The notes under the pieces were generated by a model. It saw nothing but the letters and a program-made list of their open reading frames with translations. It searched no databases and had not been told where the DNA came from. Below are positions 38,579 through 47,083 of a stretch of 64,000 nt of DNA, piece after piece. Source of the stretch: Thermoplasmata archaeon (lineage in GTDB: Archaea > Thermoplasmatota > E2 > JACPAO01 > JAHFTW01). The stretch is from NCBI GenBank assembly GCA_034667725.1, contig JAXDQS010000012.1, forward strand, positions 1 to 64,000, in the 5' to 3' direction. A program made the translations under genes and the position numbers. The stretch's first letter is position 1. Each line of letters opens with the position of its first letter.

Positions 38579-41500
38579 ATGCCCAGGACCCTGCTTTCCC
38601 GGAGCCTGCCCGCCCTCCTGGCCCTCGGCGCCCTCCTCGCCCTTGCCCCCTTGGCCCACGCGACGGCCCCTGACGCCGTGGTCTCCACCGGCACCGTCAT
38701 GGTCCTCGTCAACGCCAGCGGCGGCGTCGGCGAGCCGTACGTGGACCACGACCCGAACGAGGGGGTCGCCTGCCCCGTCCCGTCGGTGGCCGACTGCCAT
38801 CCCAGCACCTCAGGCAACGTGTACACCGGCATCCGCTACCTGCCCACCAACCACGACGCCTTCGGCCCGCGCGGCTTCGGGATGTGGGGCCTCTCCTACG
38901 ACACCGCCACGGCCTCGCCGGGCGGGCTGTGGTGCAGGGCCTCCGGCACCTGCGACGCGACCGGCGCGACGGCCACGGTGCGGCCGGCCGTCGCGCTTGT
39001 CGCCTCCGGCGCGTGCGGCGACCCCGTGGCCGCCTGCGCCGCCACCGCCTGCGTCGAGGCGCCTCCCGGCGGCGCCCCCGTGGTGCGCGCCTGCCGGGCC
39101 TACACCGCGGCCACCGCCCTCGGGGGCGGCGCGGTCGCCGACCTCGTGCAGGTGGAGGTGACGATCACGAACCTGCGCGCGACCCCGCTTGGCGGCATCC
39201 AGTTCCGCGAGACCCTGCCGCTCGGGCAGGACGCCCGCTCGGTGCCGTACACCTTCTGGCCGCCGGCGGCGCAGGACCTGGAGTGGCCCGGCAGCCACGT
39301 CTCCATCGGGATGGCCGGCGCCACGCCCGCCGCCCTGCGCTGCTCCTCGGACCTCTGGGTGCCCCTGGCCGGCGGCAACGGCGCCCCCCACGAACTGCCA
39401 GGCTGCGTCCCGCCGATGGCGTGGCCCATCCTGTACGGCCAACTTGGCAACGGCTGCGACCTGGGCGGCCCCGACCCCTACTACCGGCTCGGCCCCGGCA
39501 CGCTCTCCGGCGGCGCCCCGTTCGCGGACCACGGCCCCTGCGCCGTCCACGGCGCGACCTTCGAGGCGGCCCTCGGCGACCTCGCCGCGGGCGCGTCGCG
39601 CACCTTCCGCATGTGGATGGGCGCCGCCCCCGACGAGGCCACCGCGCTGTCGGACCTGGCGATGGTCGGCGCGCGCTTCCATGCCCTGTCGCAGCACGAG
39701 GCGGACCCCGCCACCCTCGGCGACCCCGCCGCCGGCACGCCCATCACGGGCGTCTGGGGCTGGGGCCCGCTCGACCCGCCGCAGGCGGACTTCGCCTGGA
39801 CGGCGCCCGCGCCCGCCTGGACGGTCCCCGGCTGGGCGCCCGGCACCGCCTGCCTCGGCGTCCCCGTCGCCTTCGCGGGCCTCGCCACCCCGGACTTCGC
39901 CGCCATCGCCTCCGGCCGCTGGACGTTCGGCGACGGCGCCGCCCACACGGAGTCGCCCGGCCCCGGCAGCCCGGCGCACGCCTACGCCACGGCCGGTGCC
40001 TACACCGTGCGCCTCGAGGTGCGCGACGCCGCCGGCGCCACCGCCACCGTCGCCAAGGCGCTGCTGGCGATGGACTGCGACGTGCCGCCCGTGGCCACCT
40101 TCACGATGGCGGGCGGGCCGGACTGCATCGACAGCCGCGTCCGGTTCTTCGCCACCGGCTCCCACGACCCCGACGGCGGCCCCGTCACGTTCGCGTGGGA
40201 CTTCGGCGACGGCGGCACGGCCACCGGCGACCCCGTCGTCCACCAGTTCCGCGACGCCACCCCCCTCACGGTGCGCCTCACGGTGGCCGACGACGACGGC
40301 CGCGCCGCCACCGCCTCGCTGCCCTACCCGCCGCCGGGCGACCCCAACTGCGTGCCCGACCTCGCGCCGCTCCCAAGCATGGTCGCCGTGCAGGGCGAGA
40401 GCATCACCGTCGCCCTGTCCGCCACCGACGCCGACGGTCCCACCCTGACGCTGCGCGCCGCCATCGGCAAGGACGACGGCCTGCTCGCGGCGGCCCCCGG
40501 CGTGACGGCGGCCACCGGCACCTACACCTTCACGACCGCCGGCTGGGACCCTGGCGTGCACACCCTCGTCTTCCAGGCCAGCGACGGCCTCGCCTACGAC
40601 GCCGAGCCCCTCCAGGTCCAGGTGCGCGGCCGCGAGTCCGACTCCGACCGCGACGGCGTCCAGGACGCGGCCGACAACTGCCCCGGCCTCCCCAACGGCG
40701 ACCAGGCCGACGCCGACCAGGACGGCACCGGCGACGCCTGCGAAGGCACCCCCGCCGCCATCCTCGCCCCCATCATCCCTGCCCGGCTGGGCCTGAGGCC
40801 CGACCGCGACCACGACGGCGTGGCCGACGGCGCCGACGCCTGCCCCGACGCGCCGGACCCCGCCCAGGCGGACGTGGACCGCGACGGCCTCGGCGACGCC
40901 TGCGACCCCGACCGCGACAACGACGGCGTCCCCGACGCCCGCCTGCCCCTCGGCGCCTTCCCCGACAACTGCCCCGACGACCCGAACCCCGACCAGGCCG
41001 ACGCGGACCACGACGGCGCCGGCGACGCCTGCGCCCCGCCCGCCGTCGGCGCGCCGCCCCGCGCGCGGCCGGCCGGCGCCGCCCTCGCCCCGCCCGCCGG
41101 CCCGCCCGCCGGCCTCTGGGCCGGCGTGGCGGCGGTGGCGGCCGGGCTGGGCGCGGCCCTGCTGCGCCGCCGCGCCATGGCCGCCCTCGTCGCGCTGTTC
41201 AGCCGGCTGCGCGGCCGCGACGTGCTGGAGCACCCGGCCCGCCTCCTGCTGGTGCAGGCGATGGAGCGCAGCCCCGGCCTTCCCACCAAGGAGTTGGCGC
41301 GCCTGTGCGGCCTCGGCCGCAGCAGCGCCAAGCACCACCTCGCCGTCCTGGCGGCCGCCGGCCTCGCCTGGAGCCAGCGCGCCGGCAAGTTCACCTGCCA
41401 CTTCGCCACCGAGGCGCACGCCGGCGAGGCCGCGCGCGCCCTGGTGCTGCGAAGCCCGCTTGCGCGCCGGCTCGCGGAGCTGGCCGCGGCCGCCCCCGGC

Positions 41501-41638
41501 ATCCGGCTGCCCGACGCCGCCCGCCGCCTCGGCGCCAGCTACAAGGCGACGTGGCACCAGGCGCGGCGCCTGCAGCGCGCCGGCCTGCTGGGCCCCGGCG
41601 CGACGGCGGGCCTCTGGCCGGCGGGCGCCCCCGGCTGA
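38579..41638 (+). CDS. Surface protein with PKD domains, thrombospondin type-3 repeats, TM and cytoplasmic double winged helix
   Basis: Signal peptide, WTFGDG/WDFGDG PKD motifs, DxDxDGxxDxxDNCP repeats, TM, then FSRL...VLEHPAR...SPGL...HHLAVL...APGI. Confidence 0.9.
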   Translation: MPRTLLSRSLPALLALGALLALAPLAHATAPDAVVSTGTVMVLVNASGGVGEPYVDHDPNEGVACPVPSVADCHPSTSGNVYTGIRYLPTNHDAFGPRGFGMWGLSYDTATASPGGLWCRASGTCDATGATATVRPAVALVASGACGDPVAACAATACVEAPPGGAPVVRACRAYTAATALGGGAVADLVQVEVTITNLRATPLGGIQFRETLPLGQDARSVPYTFWPPAAQDLEWPGSHVSIGMAGATPAALRCSSDLWVPLAGGNGAPHELPGCVPPMAWPILYGQLGNGCDLGGPDPYYRLGPGTLSGGAPFADHGPCAVHGATFEAALGDLAAGASRTFRMWMGAAPDEATALSDLAMVGARFHALSQHEADPATLGDPAAGTPITGVWGWGPLDPPQADFAWTAPAPAWTVPGWAPGTACLGVPVAFAGLATPDFAAIASGRWTFGDGAAHTESPGPGSPAHAYATAGAYTVRLEVRDAAGATATVAKALLAMDCDVPPVATFTMAGGPDCIDSRVRFFATGSHDPDGGPVTFAWDFGDGGTATGDPVVHQFRDATPLTVRLTVADDDGRAATASLPYPPPGDPNCVPDLAPLPSMVAVQGESITVALSATDADGPTLTLRAAIGKDDGLLAAAPGVTAATGTYTFTTAGWDPGVHTLVFQASDGLAYDAEPLQVQVRGRESDSDRDGVQDAADNCPGLPNGDQADADQDGTGDACEGTPAAILAPIIPARLGLRPDRDHDGVADGADACPDAPDPAQADVDRDGLGDACDPDRDNDGVPDARLPLGAFPDNCPDDPNPDQADADHDGAGDACAPPAVGAPPRARPAGAALAPPAGPPAGLWAGVAAVAAGLGAALLRRRAMAALVALFSRLRGRDVLEHPARLLLVQAMERSPGLPTKELARLCGLGRSSAKHHLAVLAAAGLAWSQRAGKFTCHFATEAHAGEAARALVLRSPLARRLAELAAAAPGIRLPDAARRLGASYKATWHQARRLQRAGLLGPGATAGLWPAGAPG

Positions 41639-41670
41639 GCCTTATCTTCGCGCCCAGGTTCGGCCCCGCC

Positions 41671-41937
41671 ATGGCCCGGCTGCGCTTCGACGCGACCCCG
41701 AACCCGAACGCGCTCAAGGTGACGGCGCCCAGCCCCTTCTGCAACGGCTCCAAGATCGTCTCCAAGCCCGAGCAGGCCGTGAGCCCGCTGTCGAAGGCGC
41801 TCTTGGCGGTGCCCGGCGTGACGAGCCTGTTCTTCCTCAACGACTTCGTCACCATCTCGAAGCGCCCGGACGCGGAGTGGGACCAGATGATGCCGGCCAT
41901 CCAGGACGCGCTGGGGAAGCATCCGCACTTCGTCTAG
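41671..41937 (+). CDS. NifU/Nfu N-terminal domain protein
   Basis: TPNPNALK, SPLSKALL.VPGV..LFFLNDFVTISK...EW. Confidence 0.92.
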   Translation: MARLRFDATPNPNALKVTAPSPFCNGSKIVSKPEQAVSPLSKALLAVPGVTSLFFLNDFVTISKRPDAEWDQMMPAIQDALGKHPHFV

Positions 41938-42482
41938 GCGACCGCCTTCCGGACCCGCCTGGGCCGTGCCGGCCGCGCCACCGGCTTCTTGGCATGGGCG
42001 ACCGGCGCCTCCTGCTGCCGCTGCCGCATCTCCTCCAGCGCCTCCAGGTCCATGGGGTCCTCGAACTCGGCGTCCGGCGCCTCCTTCAGCCTCCGCAGCG
42101 CGTCCTCGAGCGCCGCGATGACCTTCTGGCGGGCGCCTTTGTGGCCGCGCTGCTGCGTGCTCCAGCCGCGCCAGCCCGGCTTCTTGAACGCGACCAGGTA
42201 CTTGGCGCCCTCCAGGTGGGTGGCGTAGGTGTTGGCGTCGAGCTTGTCGGCCCACTGGTGCGCGACGATGAACCAATGGTACTTGCTGCCCTCCTCGGCG
42301 CCGGAGCCCTTGGGCGCCTTGGCGCGGCGGACCTTGCGGCTGGTGAAGGTGACCTGCCAGCGGCTGGGCTCGGCCTTGCGCTCGGTCCAATGGCCGTCCG
42401 GGTAGGTCCAGCGGTGGATGCCGCCGACCTTCATGCCGTGGTAGGCCTTGCCGGCGTGCGTCTTGGCATCGCCATACGCCAT
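41934..42482 (-). CDS. Conserved hypothetical basic protein
   Basis: YHGMKVGGIHRWTYPDGHWTE...YHWFIVAHQ...KLDANTY, globular and aromatic-rich with clear coding bias. Confidence 0.8.
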   Translation of the reverse strand: MAYGDAKTHAGKAYHGMKVGGIHRWTYPDGHWTERKAEPSRWQVTFTSRKVRRAKAPKGSGAEEGSKYHWFIVAHQWADKLDANTYATHLEGAKYLVAFKKPGWRGWSTQQRGHKGARQKVIAALEDALRRLKEAPDAEFEDPMDLEALEEMRQRQQEAPVAHAKKPVARPARPRRVRKAVA

Positions 42483-42585
42483 GCCTTGCGTTCTCTTGCC
42501 CAAGGCGCATGACGGTGTTGCTGGGGGCCGGCTGCACGTTCCTGTCCAACAAAGCCCAAAAACCCCCGCCGAGTCGGAGCCTTCG

Positions 42586-42716
42586 TGGGCGCACCGCTGC
42601 ACCACCCCATGCCCATGCGCGTGTGGGGCGGCAGCAAGTGCGCCCAGTCTGTCTGCCCCAAGCACGCGTAGGACGCAATCCTCGCGCGCTTGGTGCGTCG
42701 AAGGAGTTGCGTCCCG
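42586..42716 (+). promoter_or_regulatory. Structured 5' leader with alternative SD-sequestering helix (candidate cis-regulatory RNA)
   Basis: Hairpins at 42586-42646 and 42658-42693. 42671-42682 can instead pair with 42702-42714, covering AGGAG. Confidence 0.5.
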
Positions 42717-42848
42717 ATGATGTCCCAGCCTGAGCCCTGCAAGCACCCGAAGCCCATGAACGCCGCCTGGAAGGCCCGCGGAACGGACCTCCAGACCATC
42801 CTCGGCATCGCCGACGATCGCGTGGCGCCTTTGGGGGAGATTCGGTGA
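42717..42848 (+). CDS. Small 43-aa protein (not in ORF track)
   Basis: MMSQPEPCKHPKPMNAAWKARGTDLQTILGIADDRVAPLGEIR, AAGGAG SD, stop overlaps the next GTG. Confidence 0.55.
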   Translation: MMSQPEPCKHPKPMNAAWKARGTDLQTILGIADDRVAPLGEIR

Positions 42849-43336
42849 CGGACGCGGTCCCTGGCGTGCTGCGGCCGCCCCGCCTGCCCCCGGCGGCGGC
42901 GCGGCCCGCGGTGGCGAACCTGTTCGTCCTCACGCTGCTGTCCACCGTGGACGGCACGCTCCTGCTGCTTGCGGCCTCCGGCCAGCTCGGCGGCCTCGGC
43001 GGCGCTGTCGCCGCGGGCCTGACCCTCATCGCGGGGGCCGGCTCGTGGCTCGCGGCCCACCAGGCGTTCGGCGCCCGCGCCCGCACCCGGCGCGACTGGG
43101 CGACCCTCGGCCTGCTTGCCGCCCTGACGATGGCGAGCACGGTGGCGAGCGTCTGGCTTGGCGCCCGGCTTGGCACCGCGCTGACCCTGCACGTGCTGCC
43201 GAAGGCCGCCGGCGTCGTGCTGTTCCTGGTGGCCGCCGAGGTCGCTGGCCTCCGGCTGCCGCGCCCGGGCCGCGTCCCGCTCGCGCTGCACGTGCTTGCC
43301 GCCGCCCTCCTCGTGGAGGTGGCGCTGGTTGGATGA
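42845..43336 (+). CDS. Membrane protein (DUF5794-like N-terminal part)
   Basis: About 5 TMs, LLSTVDG...ASGQLG motif. Family assignment from memory. Confidence 0.7.
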   Translation: MTDAVPGVLRPPRLPPAAARPAVANLFVLTLLSTVDGTLLLLAASGQLGGLGGAVAAGLTLIAGAGSWLAAHQAFGARARTRRDWATLGLLAALTMASTVASVWLGARLGTALTLHVLPKAAGVVLFLVAAEVAGLRLPRPGRVPLALHVLAAALLVEVALVG

Positions 43337-43583
43337 CGTCGCCTGGGCGTTCGTCGCCGGCCTCGCCGCTGTGGCCAGCATCCTGGCCGCCGCCGTGCTG
43401 CCGCTCGGCCGGCTCGACCTGGGCCGCGTCCGCCTCTTTGGCGCCGCCAGCATCGCCCTCACGGGCGCGCAGGCGCTGGGCGCCGGGCTGCCCGGCTGGC
43501 TGCCGTTGGCCGTGCTGGCGGCCGGCGTCGGGGTGGCCGCTTGTGGAACGCGGCCCAAGGCTTCCCGCTCGCCTCGCACTTGA
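43329..43583 (+). CDS. Small membrane protein (DUF5794-like C-terminal part)
   Basis: TTG start with GGAGGTG SD, RLDLGRVRLFGAASIAL, 3 TMs. Confidence 0.6.
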   Translation: MDDVAWAFVAGLAAVASILAAAVLPLGRLDLGRVRLFGAASIALTGAQALGAGLPGWLPLAVLAAGVGVAACGTRPKASRSPRT

Positions 43584-43761
43584 TGCCCAGGAGGGCGATC
43601 TGGTGGGTGCGGATGCGCTTGGTCTTGGTGGGCTCGATGACCGTGCCGCACGCCGGGCATTTGGCCATCCCCTGCGGCGCCTTGCCCTTGCGCTGTGCCG
43701 CGAGCAGCAGCTCCCGCAGGTCGGAGGTCAGCCGCTCGACCTGCCCTTGCAGCGCGTCCAT
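43459..43761 (-). CDS. Coiled-coil plus CxxC-H-C zinc-finger protein
   Basis: CPACG...RIRTH...KCEASG. The 3' end overlaps the convergent gene by 125 nt. Confidence 0.65.
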   Translation of the reverse strand: MDALQGQVERLTSDLRELLLAAQRKGKAPQGMAKCPACGTVIEPTKTKRIRTHQIALLGIKCEASGKPWAAFHKRPPRRRPPARPTAASRAARRPAPARP

Positions 43762-43847
43762 CGAGGATGCTCGGGCCCGCAGGCCCATCACGGTTTCCCT
43801 TGGGGCGCGGCAAAGCCCTTGAATCCTGCGGGGCCGTGCAAGCGGAC

Positions 43848-44285
43848 GTGCCCATCCTCGGCGTGGACCAGGTGTCCGTGGCGGTCGAGTCGCTCGACGA
43901 CGCCAGCCGCATCTACGAGCGCATCCTCGGCCTCAAGGCGACCCACGACGAGACCGTCGCCGACCAAGGCGTCACGACCCGGTTCTTCCCCGTGGGGCAG
44001 ACCGGGTCGGTCGTCGAGGCCCTGCTGCCCACCGGCCCCGACACCCCCGTCGGCAGGTTCCTCGCCAAGCGCGGCCCCGGCGTCCACCACATCGCGTTCC
44101 GCGTCGACGACCTGGAGGCCGAGCTGGCCCGCCTGAAGAAGCTGGGCGTGCGATTGATCGACGAGACCCCCCGCAAGGGCGCCGAGGGCAAGCGCATCGC
44201 CTTCCTCCACCCCAAGGAGACCGGCGGCGTGCTCATCGAGCTGTGCGAGGCGCCGCACGGCCACGGCAAGCCCGGGGGCCACTGA
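43848..44285 (+). CDS. mce: Methylmalonyl-CoA epimerase
   Basis: ETVADQGV, FLAKRGPGVHHIAFRV, IAFLHPKETGGVLIEL. Confidence 0.92.
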   Translation: MPILGVDQVSVAVESLDDASRIYERILGLKATHDETVADQGVTTRFFPVGQTGSVVEALLPTGPDTPVGRFLAKRGPGVHHIAFRVDDLEAELARLKKLGVRLIDETPRKGAEGKRIAFLHPKETGGVLIELCEAPHGHGKPGGH

Positions 44286-45007
44286 TGGAGTGGCGCGTCG
44301 AGCGCAAGGCCGAATGCGCCAGCACCCAGGACGAGGCCCGCAAGCTCGCCCGCGCCGGCGCGCCCGAGGGCACCGTCGTCGTCGCCGAGCGGATGACCGG
44401 CGGCCGCGGCACCGAAGGGCGCCCATGGGCAGCGCCGGCCGGCGGCCTCTACCTCAGCCTGGTGCTGCGGCCTCCCCTCGAAGCCAGCCTCCTGACCATC
44501 GCCCTGGGCTGTGCGGTCGCCGACACGCTGGAGATCGCCGGCGCCGAGCCGAAGCTGAAGTGGGTCAACGACGTCCTCGTGGACGGCCGCAAGTGCGCCG
44601 GCGTCCTGGTCGAGGCCGAGTCCACCGGCGACAAGGTGGACTTCTGGGTGTGCGGCATCGGCGTCAACGTCAACGGCCAGGCCGCCAAGCTGTTCCCCCC
44701 GCCGCTCAACGCGCAGGCCATCACGCTGGAGGAGGTCCTCGGCTGCGACTCCTGCGTCCCCGACCTGGAGGCCGCCCTCCTGGCCGCGGTCGCCAACCGC
44801 GTGGCGCAGCTGCGCCGCGGCATGGGCGCCGTCGTGCTCACCGACGTCCGCGCCCGCGACGCCCTGCTCGGCAAGCGCGTGACCGTGCGCAGCGGCAACG
44901 TCGAGCAGGCCGGCACCGCCGACGGCATCGACGACCGCGGCCGGCTTCGCCTCCAGACCGCCGGCGGGCCGCGATTGGCCGACGTCGGCACCGTCACCAT
45001 CCACTAA
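44285..45007 (+). CDS. birA: Biotin-protein ligase
   Basis: STQ, TGGRGTEGRPW, LYLSL, KWVNDV..DGRKCAGVL.E, GIGVNV, GIDDRGRL. Confidence 0.92.
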   Translation: MEWRVERKAECASTQDEARKLARAGAPEGTVVVAERMTGGRGTEGRPWAAPAGGLYLSLVLRPPLEASLLTIALGCAVADTLEIAGAEPKLKWVNDVLVDGRKCAGVLVEAESTGDKVDFWVCGIGVNVNGQAAKLFPPPLNAQAITLEEVLGCDSCVPDLEAALLAAVANRVAQLRRGMGAVVLTDVRARDALLGKRVTVRSGNVEQAGTADGIDDRGRLRLQTAGGPRLADVGTVTIH

Positions 45008-45111
45008 GGCCGCTCTCCGGATTTGGCCAGAATCCGAAACCGGCGCGGGACGGGCGGCTTTCGTCGTCGGCCTCCTCGCCGTGCCCTCCGTGCCCAAATC
45101 CTGCGAGCGTC

Positions 45112-45324
45112 TTAGCGGACGCGCAAGGTCCGGTAGTTGTTGCGCACGTTGCGGGTGAAGAACGCGCCCCGTGACTCCGCCCCCATCAGTTTGCGGTACA
45201 CGGCGCGCGGCACGCCCAGGTAATGGTACTCGCCGCCGTGCCGGAACTCCACCTTCAAGGTCTGGCTCGGCACGTCGTAGTCCACCCAGCGCAGGCTCTC
45301 CGAGTCCAGCACGACGCGGGCCAC
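45112..45324 (-). CDS. KTSC domain protein
   Basis: SESLRWVDYD...LKVEF..GGEYHY.GVP..VY..LM.AESRG.FF. Confidence 0.9.
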   Translation of the reverse strand: MARVVLDSESLRWVDYDVPSQTLKVEFRHGGEYHYLGVPRAVYRKLMGAESRGAFFTRNVRNNYRTLRVR

Positions 45325-45340
45325 GCCGTCGATGTGGGCC

Positions 45341-45877
45341 CTAAGGGGCTTCAACCTGCTCGAAACGGGCCAACAGCTCCCGCACTTGGGCCTGGAACGC
45401 GGCGGTCACCTCGACCACCACGACGCCCCGCCGCGGCATCCCGTAGAGGACCCGCGCGCCAATCGGGCTCTCCAAGAAGGCCGGGATGCCCAGAAGATCC
45501 TCCTCGCCCTCGACCTCCACCCGCACCGGGCCCGGCCCCTGCAGCGCCGCCCGCATCGCGTCCCACGCCGCCCGCGTCAGGAGGCCCGCCGGGTTCGTCG
45601 CCCGCACCACCCGCACGCCCCAGGAGCCCAGCTCGTGCTCGTAGAGCGGGTCGCGGGTGCCGCGCTGCGTCGAGAAGTCGCACACGAACGCCTGCGGCGC
45701 GAGGCCCAGCCGCTTCAGCGTCAGGCTCACCACGTCGCCCACCGCCACCACGGTCTTGCCGGCCACCGCCGCGGCCAGGTCGGCCTCCTGGAGGACAGGC
45801 CCGAACGGCCGCGCCAGCTCCGCCCGCAACGCCTCCGGCAACCGGTACGCCTTGACGGGCCGCAAATCGGCCGCCAC
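45341..45877 (-). CDS. GTP-dependent dephospho-CoA kinase (DUF359)
   Basis: LR.EL..PFG, AVGDVV, NPAG, VEGEEDLL, VLYGMP..GVV. Confidence 0.93.
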   Translation of the reverse strand: MAADLRPVKAYRLPEALRAELARPFGPVLQEADLAAAVAGKTVVAVGDVVSLTLKRLGLAPQAFVCDFSTQRGTRDPLYEHELGSWGVRVVRATNPAGLLTRAAWDAMRAALQGPGPVRVEVEGEEDLLGIPAFLESPIGARVLYGMPRRGVVVVEVTAAFQAQVRELLARFEQVEAP

Positions 45878-45881
45878 CGGC

Positions 45882-46061
45882 CTACTCCTTCGGGCCGAGG
45901 CCAGGGTGGACGGCCTGGACGACGCGCCACGCGGCCGTCGCGGCGTGCGCCTCGGAGCAGCGCCACCCGAAGTCCTTGTTGTAGGCCGCGACCCACAAGG
46001 CCTGCGCCTCGGGAGGAATCGCCTTGACGTCCTTCGGGACGGACTCCAGCGTGACCGTCAT
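45882..46061 (-). CDS. ChaB family protein (59 aa, not in ORF track)
   Basis: VPKDVKAIPPEAQALWVAAYN...EAHAATAAWRVV matches the ChaB pattern. Confidence 0.75.
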   Translation of the reverse strand: MTVTLESVPKDVKAIPPEAQALWVAAYNKDFGWRCSEAHAATAAWRVVQAVHPGLGPKE

Positions 46062-46097
46062 CGCGCGGCGACCTGGGGGCAGGACTTGGAGTCTTCG

Positions 46098-46850
46098 CTA
46101 CTCGGTGGGGTCGTCGAAGCTGGAGCAATCCGGGTCGTTCGGGTAGTCGCGGCCGCCGGTGCCATCGTTGTCGGCCTTGTCGTCGCATTGGGGCGGCGTG
46201 CAGCCGGCCCCGCCAATCCGCAACCAGACGTCGTAGGTTCCAAACGACCAGCCCATTCCAGTGTTCTCCGTGCCTGCGTCGGCCCACGACCCCACGCGGA
46301 CCGCGACTTGACCGACGGTCCATGGAGTCGGCGCCCCAGACGTCGCCGGCATCATGCAGAACCCTGCCACCTCCGCTTCCGTTGGGTCCGGGCAGTTCTT
46401 CTGGTCCTTGTCGGCGTCGGCGCAGTCGGTGCCAAAAAGGGGCTCATTGGACGTCGTCAGCCGGACCTGGTCCTCGGAACCCTCCACGCACCAGCCGTCC
46501 ATGTTACGGTCGTTGCACACGACGATGAAGAACCCGCCTTCCTCAGGGGGAAAAAGCCCGGAAGCCCATCCGGCCCAGACGTTCGTGTGGACGTTCACGG
46601 GAAGCGCAGGCAACGAACTCCCCGAGAACACGGCGACGTCCGGCTGGCTGGTGCTGAACACGATGGGCGACTTCATGGACAGGGCCCCGGCGGCCACCTG
46701 CAGGCACTCGATCCGGTCGCCGTCCGCATTGTTGTTGTTCTCGTCGAAGCAACTCGTGTCCCCGTCCGACGGGTTGGTGTCATACGGCGAGCCGTTGACG
46801 GAGCACAAGGCGAGCACCAGAAGAAGCGCGGGCAAGGAGGCTTGGCGCAC
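46098..46850 (-). CDS. Secreted Cys/Asp-rich protein with a C-terminal Ca-binding-like motif
   Basis: Signal peptide and QCDDKADNDGTGGRDYPNDPDC. Visibly lower GC than its neighbours. Confidence 0.7.
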   Translation of the reverse strand: MRQASLPALLLVLALCSVNGSPYDTNPSDGDTSCFDENNNNADGDRIECLQVAAGALSMKSPIVFSTSQPDVAVFSGSSLPALPVNVHTNVWAGWASGLFPPEEGGFFIVVCNDRNMDGWCVEGSEDQVRLTTSNEPLFGTDCADADKDQKNCPDPTEAEVAGFCMMPATSGAPTPWTVGQVAVRVGSWADAGTENTGMGWSFGTYDVWLRIGGAGCTPPQCDDKADNDGTGGRDYPNDPDCSSFDDPTE

Positions 46851-46903
46851 GCCCGCGCAACGACGCCACGCGCAATAAGGGCGCGACCCGGTTCGTTCCC
46901 CGC

Positions 46904-47080
46904 CTAGCGGACCTTGAGCGCGTACACGCCCGGCTTCGAGATGTTCATCGTCCTGGCCAATTCGCTGTCGGCGTCCAGGATGGTGAGCATCCCCGACCAG
47001 TTCTTGCTGGTGCCCTGGCCGCAGTTGGGGCAGGCGGCCTCGTCGCACAGCAGGTGGCAGGCCTTGCACGCCTTGTTCAT
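46904..47080 (-). CDS. spt4: Transcription elongation factor Spt4 (RpoE'')
   Basis: MNKACKACHLL...CPNCG...SKNWSG...SELA..MNISKPGVYALKVR, directly after rpoE1. Confidence 0.95.
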   Translation of the reverse strand: MNKACKACHLLCDEAACPNCGQGTSKNWSGMLTILDADSELARTMNISKPGVYALKVR

Positions 47081-47083
47081 GCG

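Noticed and set aside
42655-42716. HDV-like ribozyme (TCCTCGC loop-like motif at 42679-42685)
   Set aside because: I could not build the required P1, P1.1 and P2 nested pseudoknot.
43459-43583. 125-nt convergent gene overlap as a functional antisense system
   Set aside because: Both overlapping tails are low-information, and stop codons are rare at this GC content, so chance read-through is sufficient.
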